Assembly (NCBI GenBank): GCA_041484545.1
Contig: JBGPHU010000001.1
Coordinates: forward strand, 1-48,651
Length of the DNA: 48,651 nt
Direction of reading: 5' to 3'
Source of the DNA: Candidatus Eiseniibacteriota bacterium
GTDB taxonomy: Bacteria > Eisenbacteria > RBG-16-71-46 > SZUA-252
This document shows positions 1-8,860 of the stretch, in pieces (the first letter of the stretch is position 1; every line of letters starts with the position of its first letter). The notes below the pieces were generated by a model. The model saw only the letters and a list, made by a program, of their open reading frames with translations. It was not told the origin of the DNA and did not search any database. Made by a program: the position numbers and the translations under genes.

Positions 1-682
1 GCATCGCGCCGCCGAACATCTTCCTCGCGGCGCGCGCCTCCTCGATGAAGGCGCTCGAGCCCGCGAGGGCCGAGCCGACGGGAGCGCCAAGCCCTTTCGA
101 ATAGCAGACCATGACGCTTTGAGCATGGGTCGCGTACTTTTCGAGCGAGTCCCCGGTAGCCGCGCACGCGTTCCAGAGCCTCGCACCGTCCATGTGGACC
201 GGGACGCTGCGTTCTGCGGCGCCTCTCGCGACCTTCCACAGAAAGCTCATCGGGTACACCGCTCCGGAGGCCCAGTTGTGCGTGTTTTCGACCTCGACGA
301 GACGGATCGCCGACCTCTCGCTTCCTCCCAAGCCCAACTCCACGTCGGCTCCCGTGAGCAGCCCTCGGTCCGCGTCACACGCCACGAACCGGCACCCGAG
401 GAACTCCGTCACTGCCTTGGCCTCGACCTGAGCGACGTGACTGAATCGGTCGAGGAGAATCGCGTCCCCGCGCCTCGTGTGCACGGCGATCGCGATCTCG
501 TTCCCCATGCACCCGCTCGGCACGAAGAGCGCGGCCTCCTTGCCCAGGAGGGCCGCCGTCTCCTCTTCGAGCATCCGGACCGTGGGGTCTTCGCCGAAGA
601 CGTCGTCGCCGACTTCCGCCTCGGCCATGGCGCGGCGCATCGCGGGCGTCGGACGGGTGACCGTATCGCTTCTCAGATCCAC
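1..682 (-). CDS. ltaE: Low-specificity L-threonine aldolase (PLP-dependent); C-terminal part lies beyond the left window edge
   Basis: Absent from the ORF track because it runs off the edge. Reverse translation from GTG at 682-680 gives [41 protein letters not shown]. Near the edge it reads [38 protein letters not shown], with the SKG PLP-lysine motif typical of threonine aldolases. Confidence 0.85.
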   Translation of the reverse strand, partial: MDLRSDTVTRPTPAMRRAMAEAEVGDDVFGEDPTVRMLEEETAALLGKEAALFVPSGCMGNEIAIAVHTRRGDAILLDRFSHVAQVEAKAVTEFLGCRFVACDADRGLLTGADVELGLGGSERSAIRLVEVENTHNWASGAVYPMSFLWKVARGAAERSVPVHMDGARLWNACAATGDSLEKYATHAQSVMVCYSKGLGAPVGSALAGSSAFIEEARAARKMFGGAM

Positions 683-834
683 GTAACTCGTTGTCAGATC
701 GTCCCCGGTTCCTTGAATCGCCGACATCCCGGTGATAGTCTTAAGGGAAGTGGCTTGCCCGGAACGTTTCCCGAGCTGTGGCAGTATAGAAGAGTAGCAA
801 GCCGACCCGAAAGCAAGACCGGAGGAGGAAATCG

Positions 835-1536
835 ATGTTCATGCCGTTCTGGGATCCGACGATGATTCTGCTGATCCCGGCCATCATCCTGGCCGCGTAC
901 GCGCAGGCCAAGGTCCAGAGGACCTACGCGAAGTTCAGCGAGGTGCCATCCGCCAGTGGACGCACCGGGCGGGAGATCGCCCAGACGATCCTGTCGGCGA
1001 ACGGGCTCTCCGATATCCAGGTGCAGCCCGGCCAGGGCTTCCTGTCCGATCACTACGACCCGGTCCACAAGACGATCCAGCTCTCTCAGCAAAACTACGA
1101 AAAGTCCTCGATCGCCGCGATCAGCGTCGCCGCGCACGAGTGCGGCCACGCCATCCAGCATGCCCACAACTACGCGCCGCTCACGATGCGGACGGCGATC
1201 TTTCCGATGGCGAGATTCGGCACCAACCTCGCCTGGATCTTCATCATCGCCGGGTTCATCTTCGCCAACAGGCTCAGCGTGTTCGGCGTCGGCCTGCTCG
1301 ACATCGGCATCTTCCTGTTCACGTTCGGAGTCATTTTCCAGCTGGTCACGCTCCCCGTCGAGTTCGATGCGAGCAGGAGGGCCCTCGTCCAGCTGAACCA
1401 GCTCGGTCTGGCAGCGCCCGAGGAGCAGCGAAGCGCCAAGAAGGTGCTGGACGCTGCGGCTCTGACCTATGTGGCCGCGGCAGCGGTTGCGGTGCTCCAG
1501 CTCGTCCGCCTCCTGCTGATTCGCGATCGGCGCTAG
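835..1536 (+). CDS. YugP-type membrane zinc metallopeptidase (Zn_peptidase_2 family)
   Basis: 233-aa ORF with an HECGH zinc-binding motif and N- and C-terminal hydrophobic segments. GGAGGAGG Shine-Dalgarno about 7 nt upstream of the ATG. Confidence 0.85.
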   Translation: MFMPFWDPTMILLIPAIILAAYAQAKVQRTYAKFSEVPSASGRTGREIAQTILSANGLSDIQVQPGQGFLSDHYDPVHKTIQLSQQNYEKSSIAAISVAAHECGHAIQHAHNYAPLTMRTAIFPMARFGTNLAWIFIIAGFIFANRLSVFGVGLLDIGIFLFTFGVIFQLVTLPVEFDASRRALVQLNQLGLAAPEEQRSAKKVLDAAALTYVAAAAVAVLQLVRLLLIRDRR

Positions 1537-1592
1537 GCCTCTCCGAAGCGCGGGGCGAAGGCTCCGTGATCAGGATCGGGACAAAATACTAC

Positions 1593-1631
1593 GGGACGCC
1601 TCACGCACGCGAGGCGTCCCGTTTCGTTTCG
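1593..1631. terminator. Bidirectional intrinsic terminator between convergent genes
   Basis: Perfect 10-bp stem GGGACGCCTC / GAGGCGTCCC with an 8-nt loop. Followed by GTTTCGTTTCG on the plus strand and GTAGTATTTTG on the minus strand. Confidence 0.7.
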
Positions 1632-1640
1632 TGCCCGTCC

Positions 1641-1919
1641 TCAGACCTGGGCGACGATGTCTTTCAGTTCCTTCGAGACCTTGAAGACCGGAACCCGACG
1701 AGGGGGAACCGGGACCGATTCGCCGGTTCTTGGATTTCGGGCAAGGCGCGACTTCCGATCCTTGACCTTGAACGTCCCGAATCCACGAATCTCGATGTGC
1801 TTGCCGGCAGCAAGGGCCCTGGAGACCGCCTCCAGAAACTGATCCACCGTGTCGGCCACGTCCTTCTTCGTGAGCCCCGTCCGCTCCGCAATCTCATCGA
1901 CGATTTCTGCCTTGGTCAT
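1641..1919 (-). CDS. HU/IHF-family DNA-binding protein
   Basis: 92 aa. MTKAEIVDEIAERTGLTKKDV... and RGFGTFKVKDRKSRLARNPRTGESVPVPPRRVPVFKVSKELK match the HU/IHF fold and beta-arm signature. Confidence 0.9.
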   Translation of the reverse strand: MTKAEIVDEIAERTGLTKKDVADTVDQFLEAVSRALAAGKHIEIRGFGTFKVKDRKSRLARNPRTGESVPVPPRRVPVFKVSKELKDIVAQV

Positions 1920-2124
1920 CAGCCCCTCCTAAGGCGGAGTTGGCATTGAACATAAGCGCCTCGCGGTGCGCGATCTGCGAATATAGGCCGCTGGCGAAAG
2001 CTGTCAAGGCTTTTTCCCGCTGTGGGTTCCGCGACCTGCGGGTTTTCCGCACCGGTTCCGGGTGCAGAGCGCCTCATTCCTGCGCCTACTCGCAAGCCGC
2101 ACGGTCCCGTGCGCGATGCATGAG

Positions 2125-2144
2125 TGTAACATATTATGGTTACA
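2125..2144. promoter_or_regulatory. Perfect palindrome TGTAAC-N8-GTTACA in an AT-rich island; candidate operator or enhancer site
   Basis: TGTAACatattatgGTTACA read directly from the sequence. Its centre is about 52 bp upstream of the -24 GG of the sigma-54-like promoter at 2186-2201. Confidence 0.35.
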
Positions 2145-2185
2145 ATACTTGAGCGGATCATGAGAGCCCCTCCCAAGACCTCTCA

Positions 2186-2201
2186 TGGCACGTCGTTTGC
2201 G
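2186..2201 (+). promoter_or_regulatory. Sigma-54 (-24/-12) promoter-like element
   Basis: TGGCAC-GTCGT-TTGCG fits the consensus TGGCAC-N5-TTGCW with canonical GG/GC spacing. Intergenic, 140 nt upstream of the ATG at 2341. Matches the element at 22884-22899 at 14 of 16 positions. Confidence 0.6.
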
Positions 2202-2340
2202 AGTGTGTCCGGACGGGAAAGATTCGGGAGCTGCCTAGCGAAGGTTACTGATACTGCGTCTCCGGCCTGCCACTACCTTGCGCTATCTCGCGGCTCCCGA
2301 TTTTCATTCCCCCCGCGGTCGCTATAATCCCTCCTTCCCG

Positions 2341-2511
2341 ATGGCTCAGACCGACATCACGCCAACCCAGGTTGTGGCATTAGACCGCATCGAGTCGCTC
2401 GCCGACGCCTCCGCTCTCTCCGGAATTCTGGGTCCGATCTCGCATGTGGAGCGAGAGCGACTTCCGGCAATCTCCTCGGTGGCTCGGCTCACGCGCTGGA
2501 GCCATAGGTGA
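2341..2511 (+). CDS. Small hypothetical protein (56 aa), possibly translationally coupled to the next gene
   Basis: ATG-initiated part of track ORF 2278..2511 (MAQTDITPTQVVALDRIESLADAS...). Its stop overlaps the GTG of the next gene as GTGA. No clear SD and no recognisable domain. Confidence 0.3.
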   Translation: MAQTDITPTQVVALDRIESLADASALSGILGPISHVERERLPAISSVARLTRWSHR

Positions 2512-3470
2512 CTGCCGGGGACGCCCGGCGTCGCGTCCTCCTTTTCTTCGTCGACGGGATCGGGGTTGGCTCGGACGATCCGGAGCAGAACCCGCTCGCG
2601 ACCGGCGAATTCCCCACGCTCCGGCTCACGCGATCGCGCACCCCGGAGGCGCGTGTGGGCCCTCCTCGTCTGGCGCGTGGGCTGGACGCGTCGTTGGGCG
2701 TTCCCGGTCTGCCCCAGAGCGCAACCGGCCAGACCGCGATCCTGACCGGCGTCAACGCGCCGAAGGCCCTGGGGCACCATATGTCCGGCTTCCCCGGGCC
2801 GACCCTCCGGCGGGTCCTCTTCGAGCACTCCCTCCTCAAGCAGATCCGCGAGCGGGGACGGAGCGCCACGTTCCTGAACGCCTTCCGCCCCGAATACTTC
2901 GAGATGCCGCACGCGCAGCGCCGCCTCTCGGCGACCTCCCTCGCGACGCTCGCATCGGGGGCGCGATTCCGCTCCTGGGAGGACCTGGTGGAGGGACGCG
3001 CCGTGACGCACGACCTGACCCACTGGAGGGTGCGGGAGCGCGGCTACGATCTGCCGCTCCGGACGCCGGAGGAGGCCGGCGCGATCATCGCGGACGAGGC
3101 GATGCAGAGCGACTTCTCCCTATTCGAGTACTTCGAGACGGATCGGGCGGGTCATGCCCAGGACCGGACGCGAGCGATGCGCTGTCTCACGGACCTGAAC
3201 CGCGCCCTCGAGACCGTGCTCGGCCGCGTGGATCTGGAAAGGCTCACGGTCCTCGTGGTGAGCGATCATGGGAATCTCGAGGATCTCACCGTGGGAACCC
3301 ACACGATGAATCCCGCCGTCTTCGCCCTCTGGGGGCCTGAGGCTGCCGCCCCCGCGGGTGCCCCTGCGGGCGCGATCTCGCCGCGCCGGCTCACCGACAT
3401 CGCCGCGTTCACGCTCCACGCGCTGGGATTGCGCGGAGCGGACGACAAGGACGCTACTTCAGCCGCTTGA
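2508..3470 (+). CDS. Alkaline-phosphatase-superfamily metalloenzyme (iPGM/phosphopentomutase-like)
   Basis: 320 aa. N-terminal VLLFFVDGIGVG, LPQSATGQTAILTG and C-terminal VVSDHGNLED are the metal-ligand and nucleophile motifs of the metalloenzyme superfamily. Exact substrate unknown. Confidence 0.7.
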   Translation: MTAGDARRRVLLFFVDGIGVGSDDPEQNPLATGEFPTLRLTRSRTPEARVGPPRLARGLDASLGVPGLPQSATGQTAILTGVNAPKALGHHMSGFPGPTLRRVLFEHSLLKQIRERGRSATFLNAFRPEYFEMPHAQRRLSATSLATLASGARFRSWEDLVEGRAVTHDLTHWRVRERGYDLPLRTPEEAGAIIADEAMQSDFSLFEYFETDRAGHAQDRTRAMRCLTDLNRALETVLGRVDLERLTVLVVSDHGNLEDLTVGTHTMNPAVFALWGPEAAAPAGAPAGAISPRRLTDIAAFTLHALGLRGADDKDATSAA

Positions 3471-4188
3471 TGATGTGCCAACCGAACGGACTCGCCGTGG
3501 CATCGTAGTCGGCGATCCCGATATTGCCCGGACTGATGGAGAAGCCCACGTTGCCGAACGCGGCGACCATTCCGTCGCGGGAAAACTCGCCGGCCGCGGG
3601 CGCCACTCCGGTTCCGCTCATCCCGTAGATTCCCGGGGGGGAATCGTCCGTATACTTGCGGACGAGCTCGTCGAAGTTCTCGCCCTTCCGCGCGCGCTCC
3701 AGGACTTCATAGGCGAGCGTCTTCGCTTCCTCTTTCGAGCGCGAGATGGCCTTGCCCGGCACCGACCCGGCAAAGCCGATGAGGACGTGCTGCACCTGCA
3801 CGTGCTGAGGCATGACCTCCGGCTTGACCGGCATCGTTCCCTGTTTGGCTGTGATGTCCAAGGACTTCACCGTTCCTTTCCCGCCCGCGGCGGCCTTGAT
3901 CTTCGTTTTCTTCGCGCTCTTCTTGGCCTTCGCGGCTTCCTTCTCCTTCGCGGCTTCCTTCTGCTTGGTCGCCTCCGACGTCTCCTTGGCCGCCTCCGCC
4001 TTCTCCTTCGCCACCTCCGACGTCTCCTTGGCCGGTTCCGTGGTCGTGGCGGCCGCGCTCGAATCCGCAGCCTGAGCCGCAGCGGTGGAGTCGGCCGGCG
4101 CCGCCGCGGCCGGGACGGTCCGGGCCAACGCGAGCGTGGTCGTGAGTGCGGCGAGCGCGATCAGATACGAGATCGTTCGTGAAAACAT
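3454..4188 (-). CDS. Secreted parvulin-type peptidyl-prolyl isomerase (PpiC/SurA-like) with a Lys/Glu/Ala-rich linker
   Basis: 244 aa with a signal peptide. KEKAEAAKETSEATKQKEAAKEKEAAKAKK low-complexity linker. The C-terminal rotamase domain reads VQHVLIGF...ENFDELVRKYTDDSP...GFSISPGNIG...FGWHIIKRL. Confidence 0.8.
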   Translation of the reverse strand: MFSRTISYLIALAALTTTLALARTVPAAAAPADSTAAAQAADSSAAATTTEPAKETSEVAKEKAEAAKETSEATKQKEAAKEKEAAKAKKSAKKTKIKAAAGGKGTVKSLDITAKQGTMPVKPEVMPQHVQVQHVLIGFAGSVPGKAISRSKEEAKTLAYEVLERARKGENFDELVRKYTDDSPPGIYGMSGTGVAPAAGEFSRDGMVAAFGNVGFSISPGNIGIADYDATASPFGWHIIKRLK

Positions 4189-4249
4189 GTGGAGCTCCGT
4201 AGCGTTGGGTGGGTGAGGTGCGCCGCGGACCGGCCGCGAGACTGCGCCT

Positions 4250-4885
4250 CTAGAACAGGAAGACGGCGCTCGAGAGGACCGTGGTCCATCCCTTCGCCGA
4301 AATCACGGCCGATTGGGTCACGTTGAAGGTGCGGATGATCTCTCCGGAAATCTTGAACACCTGTTCTTTCTCGTCCCAGTTCGCGGTCTCGTCGAACTCC
4401 ACTCCCAGGGTCGAGGCCAGCATCGAAGCCGCCATGTCCTCCGCGAAATCGCCGGCGAACTCGTCGGTTTGTCCGTAGGCGTGATGCTCGCTCAGGTATC
4501 CGTACGTGCTCTTGTCCGCGGGAATGGCGCATCCGATCGACGCGGCGATGAGCCGGCGCATCTCGCTCGAAGCGAGCCGCGCCATCACGCAGAACGCGAT
4601 GCTCCCTGGCGCGATCAGCTTCACGCCCTCGTCCTTGGGAATGATCTTGCACTTCGGGGGAAAGATGCTCGACACGTGCACCAAGTTGAGCTTTTCGATC
4701 CCGGCGTCCTTGAGTGCCAGCTCGAACGAGCGCAGCTCGTCCCGGTGGTTCCCCACCCCTTTCGTGAAGAACACGCGCGTCGGCACCAGACTGAAACCGC
4801 CGTTCCTCCGGTCGGCCAGCATCGTGGAACCCTGCGGATCGGTGGCCGCGCCGGCGGGAGGATTCGGGTCGGTCGTTCGCTTCAT
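4250..4885 (-). CDS. pdaD: Pyruvoyl-dependent arginine decarboxylase
   Basis: 211 aa. [40 protein letters not shown] contains the PdaD self-cleavage serine context (VSS). The start may instead be the internal Met (MLADRR...). Confidence 0.8.
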   Translation of the reverse strand: MKRTTDPNPPAGAATDPQGSTMLADRRNGGFSLVPTRVFFTKGVGNHRDELRSFELALKDAGIEKLNLVHVSSIFPPKCKIIPKDEGVKLIAPGSIAFCVMARLASSEMRRLIAASIGCAIPADKSTYGYLSEHHAYGQTDEFAGDFAEDMAASMLASTLGVEFDETANWDEKEQVFKISGEIIRTFNVTQSAVISAKGWTTVLSSAVFLF

Positions 4886-4914
4886 CGTTCTCGGTCTCCT
4901 CTCTGGATCGTGTC

Positions 4915-5631
4915 CTACCGTACTCGTGCTCGCTTCACCGTCGAATCGGATTCCGCTCTGTCGAGCTGGATGGTGACGGTGCAGCGCCGCGTCTCGAGAT
5001 TCACCACGTTTGCCGGAAGTGCCAGCGCAACTTGGCGCTGGATTCTCTCGCGTTCTCCCGTGATGTCAACCGCCACTGTGTACAGCGTGTCGATTCTCTG
5101 GACCGCCCGGGCCGGGCCGATTACACGTACGGACTCCGGTTCCACCTCCGGGTTTCGGTTCAAAACGTAGCCCTCGGCCGGGGTGCCCACGATCCGCGCC
5201 CGTACCGGCAAGCTCCTGGTGGCCTTAGCCTCGATTGCAAGATCTACGCTTCGGGGCTCGAGAACCTCGGTGACCGAGATCAGCCGGGCCAGCTCGGGCG
5301 GGATGGCGCGGCGGGAAATATCGTCGGCGGTGATCGAGGTCCGGAACATGCCCGGCTTGGCGGTCGCGAGATCGATCGAGAGGAAGGGACGCGTGAGGTT
5401 CAGCCGGATCAGGTCCTTCCACTTGCCCCGAACCTTGACCGCGACCCGGGGAGGAAGCTCCCCGATACCCGTCAGCGTGTCCGCGAGCCCGACGGCGGCG
5501 ATCGGAATCTGGACCACCGACTCACGCTCCTGCTCCGTCACGACGTGCGCGTAGACCAGGAGCGCCAGAAGGACCGAGGCGAGCTTGAGCCCCAGGTTCT
5601 CGAAGAGAATTCCGCGGACGCGATCCCACAT
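4915..5631 (-). CDS. YbbR-domain protein (CdaR-like)
   Basis: 238 aa. N-terminal anchor [16 protein letters not shown] followed by repeated YbbR-like beta modules (V.V.V.G....L......P..V.V.G). Confidence 0.7.
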   Translation of the reverse strand: MWDRVRGILFENLGLKLASVLLALLVYAHVVTEQERESVVQIPIAAVGLADTLTGIGELPPRVAVKVRGKWKDLIRLNLTRPFLSIDLATAKPGMFRTSITADDISRRAIPPELARLISVTEVLEPRSVDLAIEAKATRSLPVRARIVGTPAEGYVLNRNPEVEPESVRVIGPARAVQRIDTLYTVAVDITGERERIQRQVALALPANVVNLETRRCTVTIQLDRAESDSTVKRARVR

Positions 5632-5636
5632 GCGAA

Positions 5637-6212
5637 TCAGAAGCCCGAGGCTTCCGAGGAGCCCAGCTCGATCCAGTACTTGGTGTCCATGGGATCCGCC
5701 TCATCGACGGTCCGGCCGCTCACCACTGAGAATCGCACGCTGCGGTTCGACGAGTCGTTGGGAAAGTAGATCCATCCCAGCCGGTCCCGTCCCGAGCGCC
5801 AGGTGAGATCGAACGTGCTGATGTGGATCATTCCTCCGTTCCCCGTCGTGCCGATTCCCTTGTCCTTCTGCCCCGGGAACAGCCACAAGAATGGGGAATG
5901 TTGGAGATAGTAGAAATAGCGGAGCGAATCCTTCCCTTCCGCCACGACCTCGATCGGCATCATGGCCGCGAACTCCCCGCCGCGGCGCAGCAGCAGAATG
6001 TTCCCCGGCTCGAGGCGAAGCCTCAAGTCGTGCACACTGCCCAGCGCAGCCCGCTCGGAATCGGGCACCTCCTCGAGGAGGCGGACCAGGCGCACGTGAG
6101 CCCGGCTCTCGGCAGCGTCCCCTCGCGCGCCGTGGCCGGCGACCCAAATCAGGAGAAGCAGGAGCGACACGGAGACGGCGATCGTCCGCCATGTACGGGA
6201 ATGTTGGTTCAT
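5637..6212 (-). CDS. Hypothetical exported protein
   Basis: Track ORF 5637..6311 trimmed to the internal Met MNQHSRTWRTIAVSVSLLLLLIWVAG (signal/anchor). No recognisable domain. First gene of the minus-strand cluster. Confidence 0.5.
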   Translation of the reverse strand: MNQHSRTWRTIAVSVSLLLLLIWVAGHGARGDAAESRAHVRLVRLLEEVPDSERAALGSVHDLRLRLEPGNILLLRRGGEFAAMMPIEVVAEGKDSLRYFYYLQHSPFLWLFPGQKDKGIGTTGNGGMIHISTFDLTWRSGRDRLGWIYFPNDSSNRSVRFSVVSGRTVDEADPMDTKYWIELGSSEASGF

Positions 6213-6338
6213 TGGGATCGGGCGCGTCGGGCGCCGTCGCGGAGAGCGGTCTCCGGAAAGGGATCTCGAATGCGCGCGAGAAGTTTCCCACGGTGCCGGA
6301 GCGAGGGTCAACGGAAACCGCCCCCGGGAGGAAATAAA

Positions 6339-7220
6339 TTGACGGCGGGCACGTCCCGCCGTGACCCTTGGGCGGTGCGCTACGAGCTTCCGGTGTCCGG
6401 CCCCATCGACCTCGATCTCACCTTCTCGTGCGGCCAGGCCTTCCGCTGGACGCGGGGCGAGGGCGCGTGGCGTGGCATCGTCGGAGGAGCCGATCTCGAG
6501 GTCGCCCTCCTCGACCCCGCCCGCCTCTCGGTCTTAGTCGTCGGAGCCGACCCTGGGCCCGAGGCGCTCGTGCGCTACTTCGGGCTCGACCAGGATCCCC
6601 TGCGGCATCTGGAGCACGCCGAGGAGCTGCGCGATCTTCCCGGGATTCTGCCCCTCTTCGGGTTGAGGCTCCTCGAGCAGGACCCCTGGGAAACGCTCGC
6701 CTCGTTCATCTCGTCGGCCGCCTCGAACATCCAGAAGATCAGCCGCTCGGTGGAAGCGATGGCCGAGCGCTGGGGAGGGCCCATTGCGGGCTCGCCGCGA
6801 AAGGCGTTTCCCGGCCCCGACACCCTCGCGGCGGCCGGGGGGCGCCGATTGCGCTCCACGGGGCTGGGCTTTCGCGCGCCCCACCTGGCCCGGTCCGCGC
6901 GTCGCGTCGCCGCCCCTGGATTTTCATGGGGCGCGCTCCGCGCGGCGCCCTACGAAGAGGCCCGCGCGGCTCTCGTGGAGCTGCCCGGAGTGGGACCCAA
7001 GATCGCGGACTGCACGCTCCTCTTCGGGCTGGGCCGCCTCGAGGCCTACCCGGTCGACCGCTGGATCCGTCGCGCGACCCTCGAGCTGGCGGCGCGCCGT
7101 AGCGCCAAGGACGAGGAGCTTTCGCGCTGGGCGGCGCGGTTCGGACCCGGACGCGGATACCTTCAACAGATCATCTTCCACCTGCGTCGAACGCAGGGAC
7201 CGCTCCCTCCGCTCCCGTGA
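6339..7220 (+). CDS. ogg: 8-oxoguanine DNA glycosylase / DNA lyase (OGG, HhH-GPD superfamily)
   Basis: LDLTFSCGQAFRW, LRLLEQDPWETLASFI and the HhH-GPD segment LVELPGVGPKIADCTLLFGL...PVDRWI. Start set at TTG 6339, 8 nt after GGGAGGAAA. ATG 6270 is an alternative. The 5' part of track ORF 5823..7220 is an off-gene extension. Confidence 0.8.
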   Translation: MTAGTSRRDPWAVRYELPVSGPIDLDLTFSCGQAFRWTRGEGAWRGIVGGADLEVALLDPARLSVLVVGADPGPEALVRYFGLDQDPLRHLEHAEELRDLPGILPLFGLRLLEQDPWETLASFISSAASNIQKISRSVEAMAERWGGPIAGSPRKAFPGPDTLAAAGGRRLRSTGLGFRAPHLARSARRVAAPGFSWGALRAAPYEEARAALVELPGVGPKIADCTLLFGLGRLEAYPVDRWIRRATLELAARRSAKDEELSRWAARFGPGRGYLQQIIFHLRRTQGPLPPLP

Positions 7221-7903
7221 ACGATCCCGCGATCGCGCTCTTTGCGAAGGCCCCTATGGCGGGGCGCGTGAAGACGCGGCTCGTCCCTCCGTTGACCCAC
7301 GAGGATGCCGCGCGGGTCGCGCGGGCTTCCCTCGAAGACACCGTGCGCTTCATCGTTCCCGCCGTGCCCTATTCCTGGACGCTCTTCCTCGATGGCGACG
7401 TCGACTCGCCCATGCGGCGGCTCGCGGACGAGAACGGCTTCGACATCGCCTCCCAGGAAGGACCCGAGCTGGGGGCGAGGCTCAAGGCCGCGTTTCGCGA
7501 GCTTCGATCCCGGGGCGCCCGCCGCGTGCTGGCCATCGGCTCGGACTCCCCCACGCTCGACCCGGAGCGGATCCGCGAAGCGGGCGAGGCGCTGGCGGTC
7601 TGCGACGTGGCTCTGGGGCCGACGGAAGACGGCGGGTATTACCTCATCGGGACGAGCGGGGACCACGAATCGGTCTTCGACCGGATTCCCTGGGGCAGCG
7701 CCGCGACCGCGGCGGCGACGCTCGATCGGGCGCGGGAGGAGCGCCTCCTGGTGCGGCTGCTCGCGCCGTGGTACGACCTGGATGACATGGCCTCCCTGAG
7801 GCGGACCTACGAAACGGCGGCCCCGGGCTCGGCCCTTCGGGTGGTGCTGGAGGAGTTGAAGGAGAAGCTGGAGTTCGTCAGCCGGCCTGTTTCAGAGTCG
7901 TGA
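7217..7903 (+). CDS. DUF2064 / TIGR04282-family nucleotidyl-transferase-fold protein
   Basis: 228 aa. IALFAKAPMAGRVKTRL...LAIGSDSPTL...GPTEDGGYYLIG is typical of this family. Its GTG overlaps the ogg stop as GTGA. Confidence 0.7.
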   Translation: MNDPAIALFAKAPMAGRVKTRLVPPLTHEDAARVARASLEDTVRFIVPAVPYSWTLFLDGDVDSPMRRLADENGFDIASQEGPELGARLKAAFRELRSRGARRVLAIGSDSPTLDPERIREAGEALAVCDVALGPTEDGGYYLIGTSGDHESVFDRIPWGSAATAAATLDRAREERLLVRLLAPWYDLDDMASLRRTYETAAPGSALRVVLEELKEKLEFVSRPVSES

Positions 7904-8783
7904 GCTCCTGCCTGATGCTCGCCGCGTGCTCGCCCTGGGGATCCAGCTCGAGATATTTCTCCCAGGCGCGCACGGCGCCCGCATGGTCGCCCATCTCGCG
8001 GCTAACGACGCCGAGGTTGAGCCAGGCGTTCTTGTGGTCCGGCTTCTCCCGGACCACTTGCAAAAGCTCCCGCTTGGAGACGTCGTTCTGCCCGGCCGCG
8101 TGGTAAGCGATCGCGCGGTCCACGCGAACGTCGGCGTTCGTGGCGTCGATCGCGAGCGCCCGGGAGTAGTAATCGATCGCCTTGTCCCACTGGCTGGAGT
8201 CGAACTCGAGATTGCCGAGCCCGATGGTGGCGTCGAGGTCCTTGGGGTTCTTCGCCAGAGCCGCCTTGTAGCCCTGCACCATCTGCATGATCTCACCGGG
8301 CATCCGTTGCGGGGCTCCGCCGGCCATTCCACCGCCCATGGCGCCGCCGGGGGCGCCACCGCCGCCGGCCGGACCCGCCGAGCCCGCGTCGCCGCCCGAG
8401 CCGCCCGCCATGACATCGGCCGGACCGGTCGGCATATCGGATTCCGCGCTCGGACCGACCGCGGAGTGGAGCGCGAATCCGACCAACCCTCCGACCGCGA
8501 GCCCGACCACCAGGAGGAGCCACGCGATCCCGGGGACGCCCTGCGAATCCCCGCGCGCCGCGGGGCCGCCCCGTGCGCCCGCTCCCACGCGGTCGCGCTG
8601 ACGGTTCTTCCGCGGCGCCGCGTGCGGGCCGGGCGCGCCGGCCGCGCCATGCTCGTAGGGAGTGGCATGCGAGGAGGCTCCGGCCGCGCGAGCGCTCAGA
8701 TCGTAGCCGCAGGCATCGCAGATCTCGAGATTCGCCGGAAGGGATTCGCCGCAACGGGGACAGCTGATTCGATCAGGGCTCAT
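7878..8783 (-). CDS. Zinc-ribbon / single-pass membrane / TPR-repeat protein
   Basis: N-terminal CPRCG...CDACG zinc ribbon and a TM segment IAWLLLVVGLAVGGLVGF. A Gly-rich linker precedes C-terminal TPR repeats (AIDYYSRALAID..., AWLNLGVV..GDHAGAVRAWEKYLELDP). An alternative start lies at 8798. Confidence 0.7.
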   Translation of the reverse strand: MSPDRISCPRCGESLPANLEICDACGYDLSARAAGASSHATPYEHGAAGAPGPHAAPRKNRQRDRVGAGARGGPAARGDSQGVPGIAWLLLVVGLAVGGLVGFALHSAVGPSAESDMPTGPADVMAGGSGGDAGSAGPAGGGGAPGGAMGGGMAGGAPQRMPGEIMQMVQGYKAALAKNPKDLDATIGLGNLEFDSSQWDKAIDYYSRALAIDATNADVRVDRAIAYHAAGQNDVSKRELLQVVREKPDHKNAWLNLGVVSREMGDHAGAVRAWEKYLELDPQGEHAASIRQELTTLKQAG

Positions 8784-8860
8784 GGTCGGACGCAGCATAC
8801 CCCCGAAAGGATCGGGGGATCAACCTTGCCCCTCGGCAACCGATCGGGTAAACACATTCG

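Noticed and set aside
119-865. 248-aa plus-strand ORF at the left end
   Set aside because: It lies opposite the clearly recognisable threonine aldolase reading frame, which the track omits because it lacks an in-window stop.
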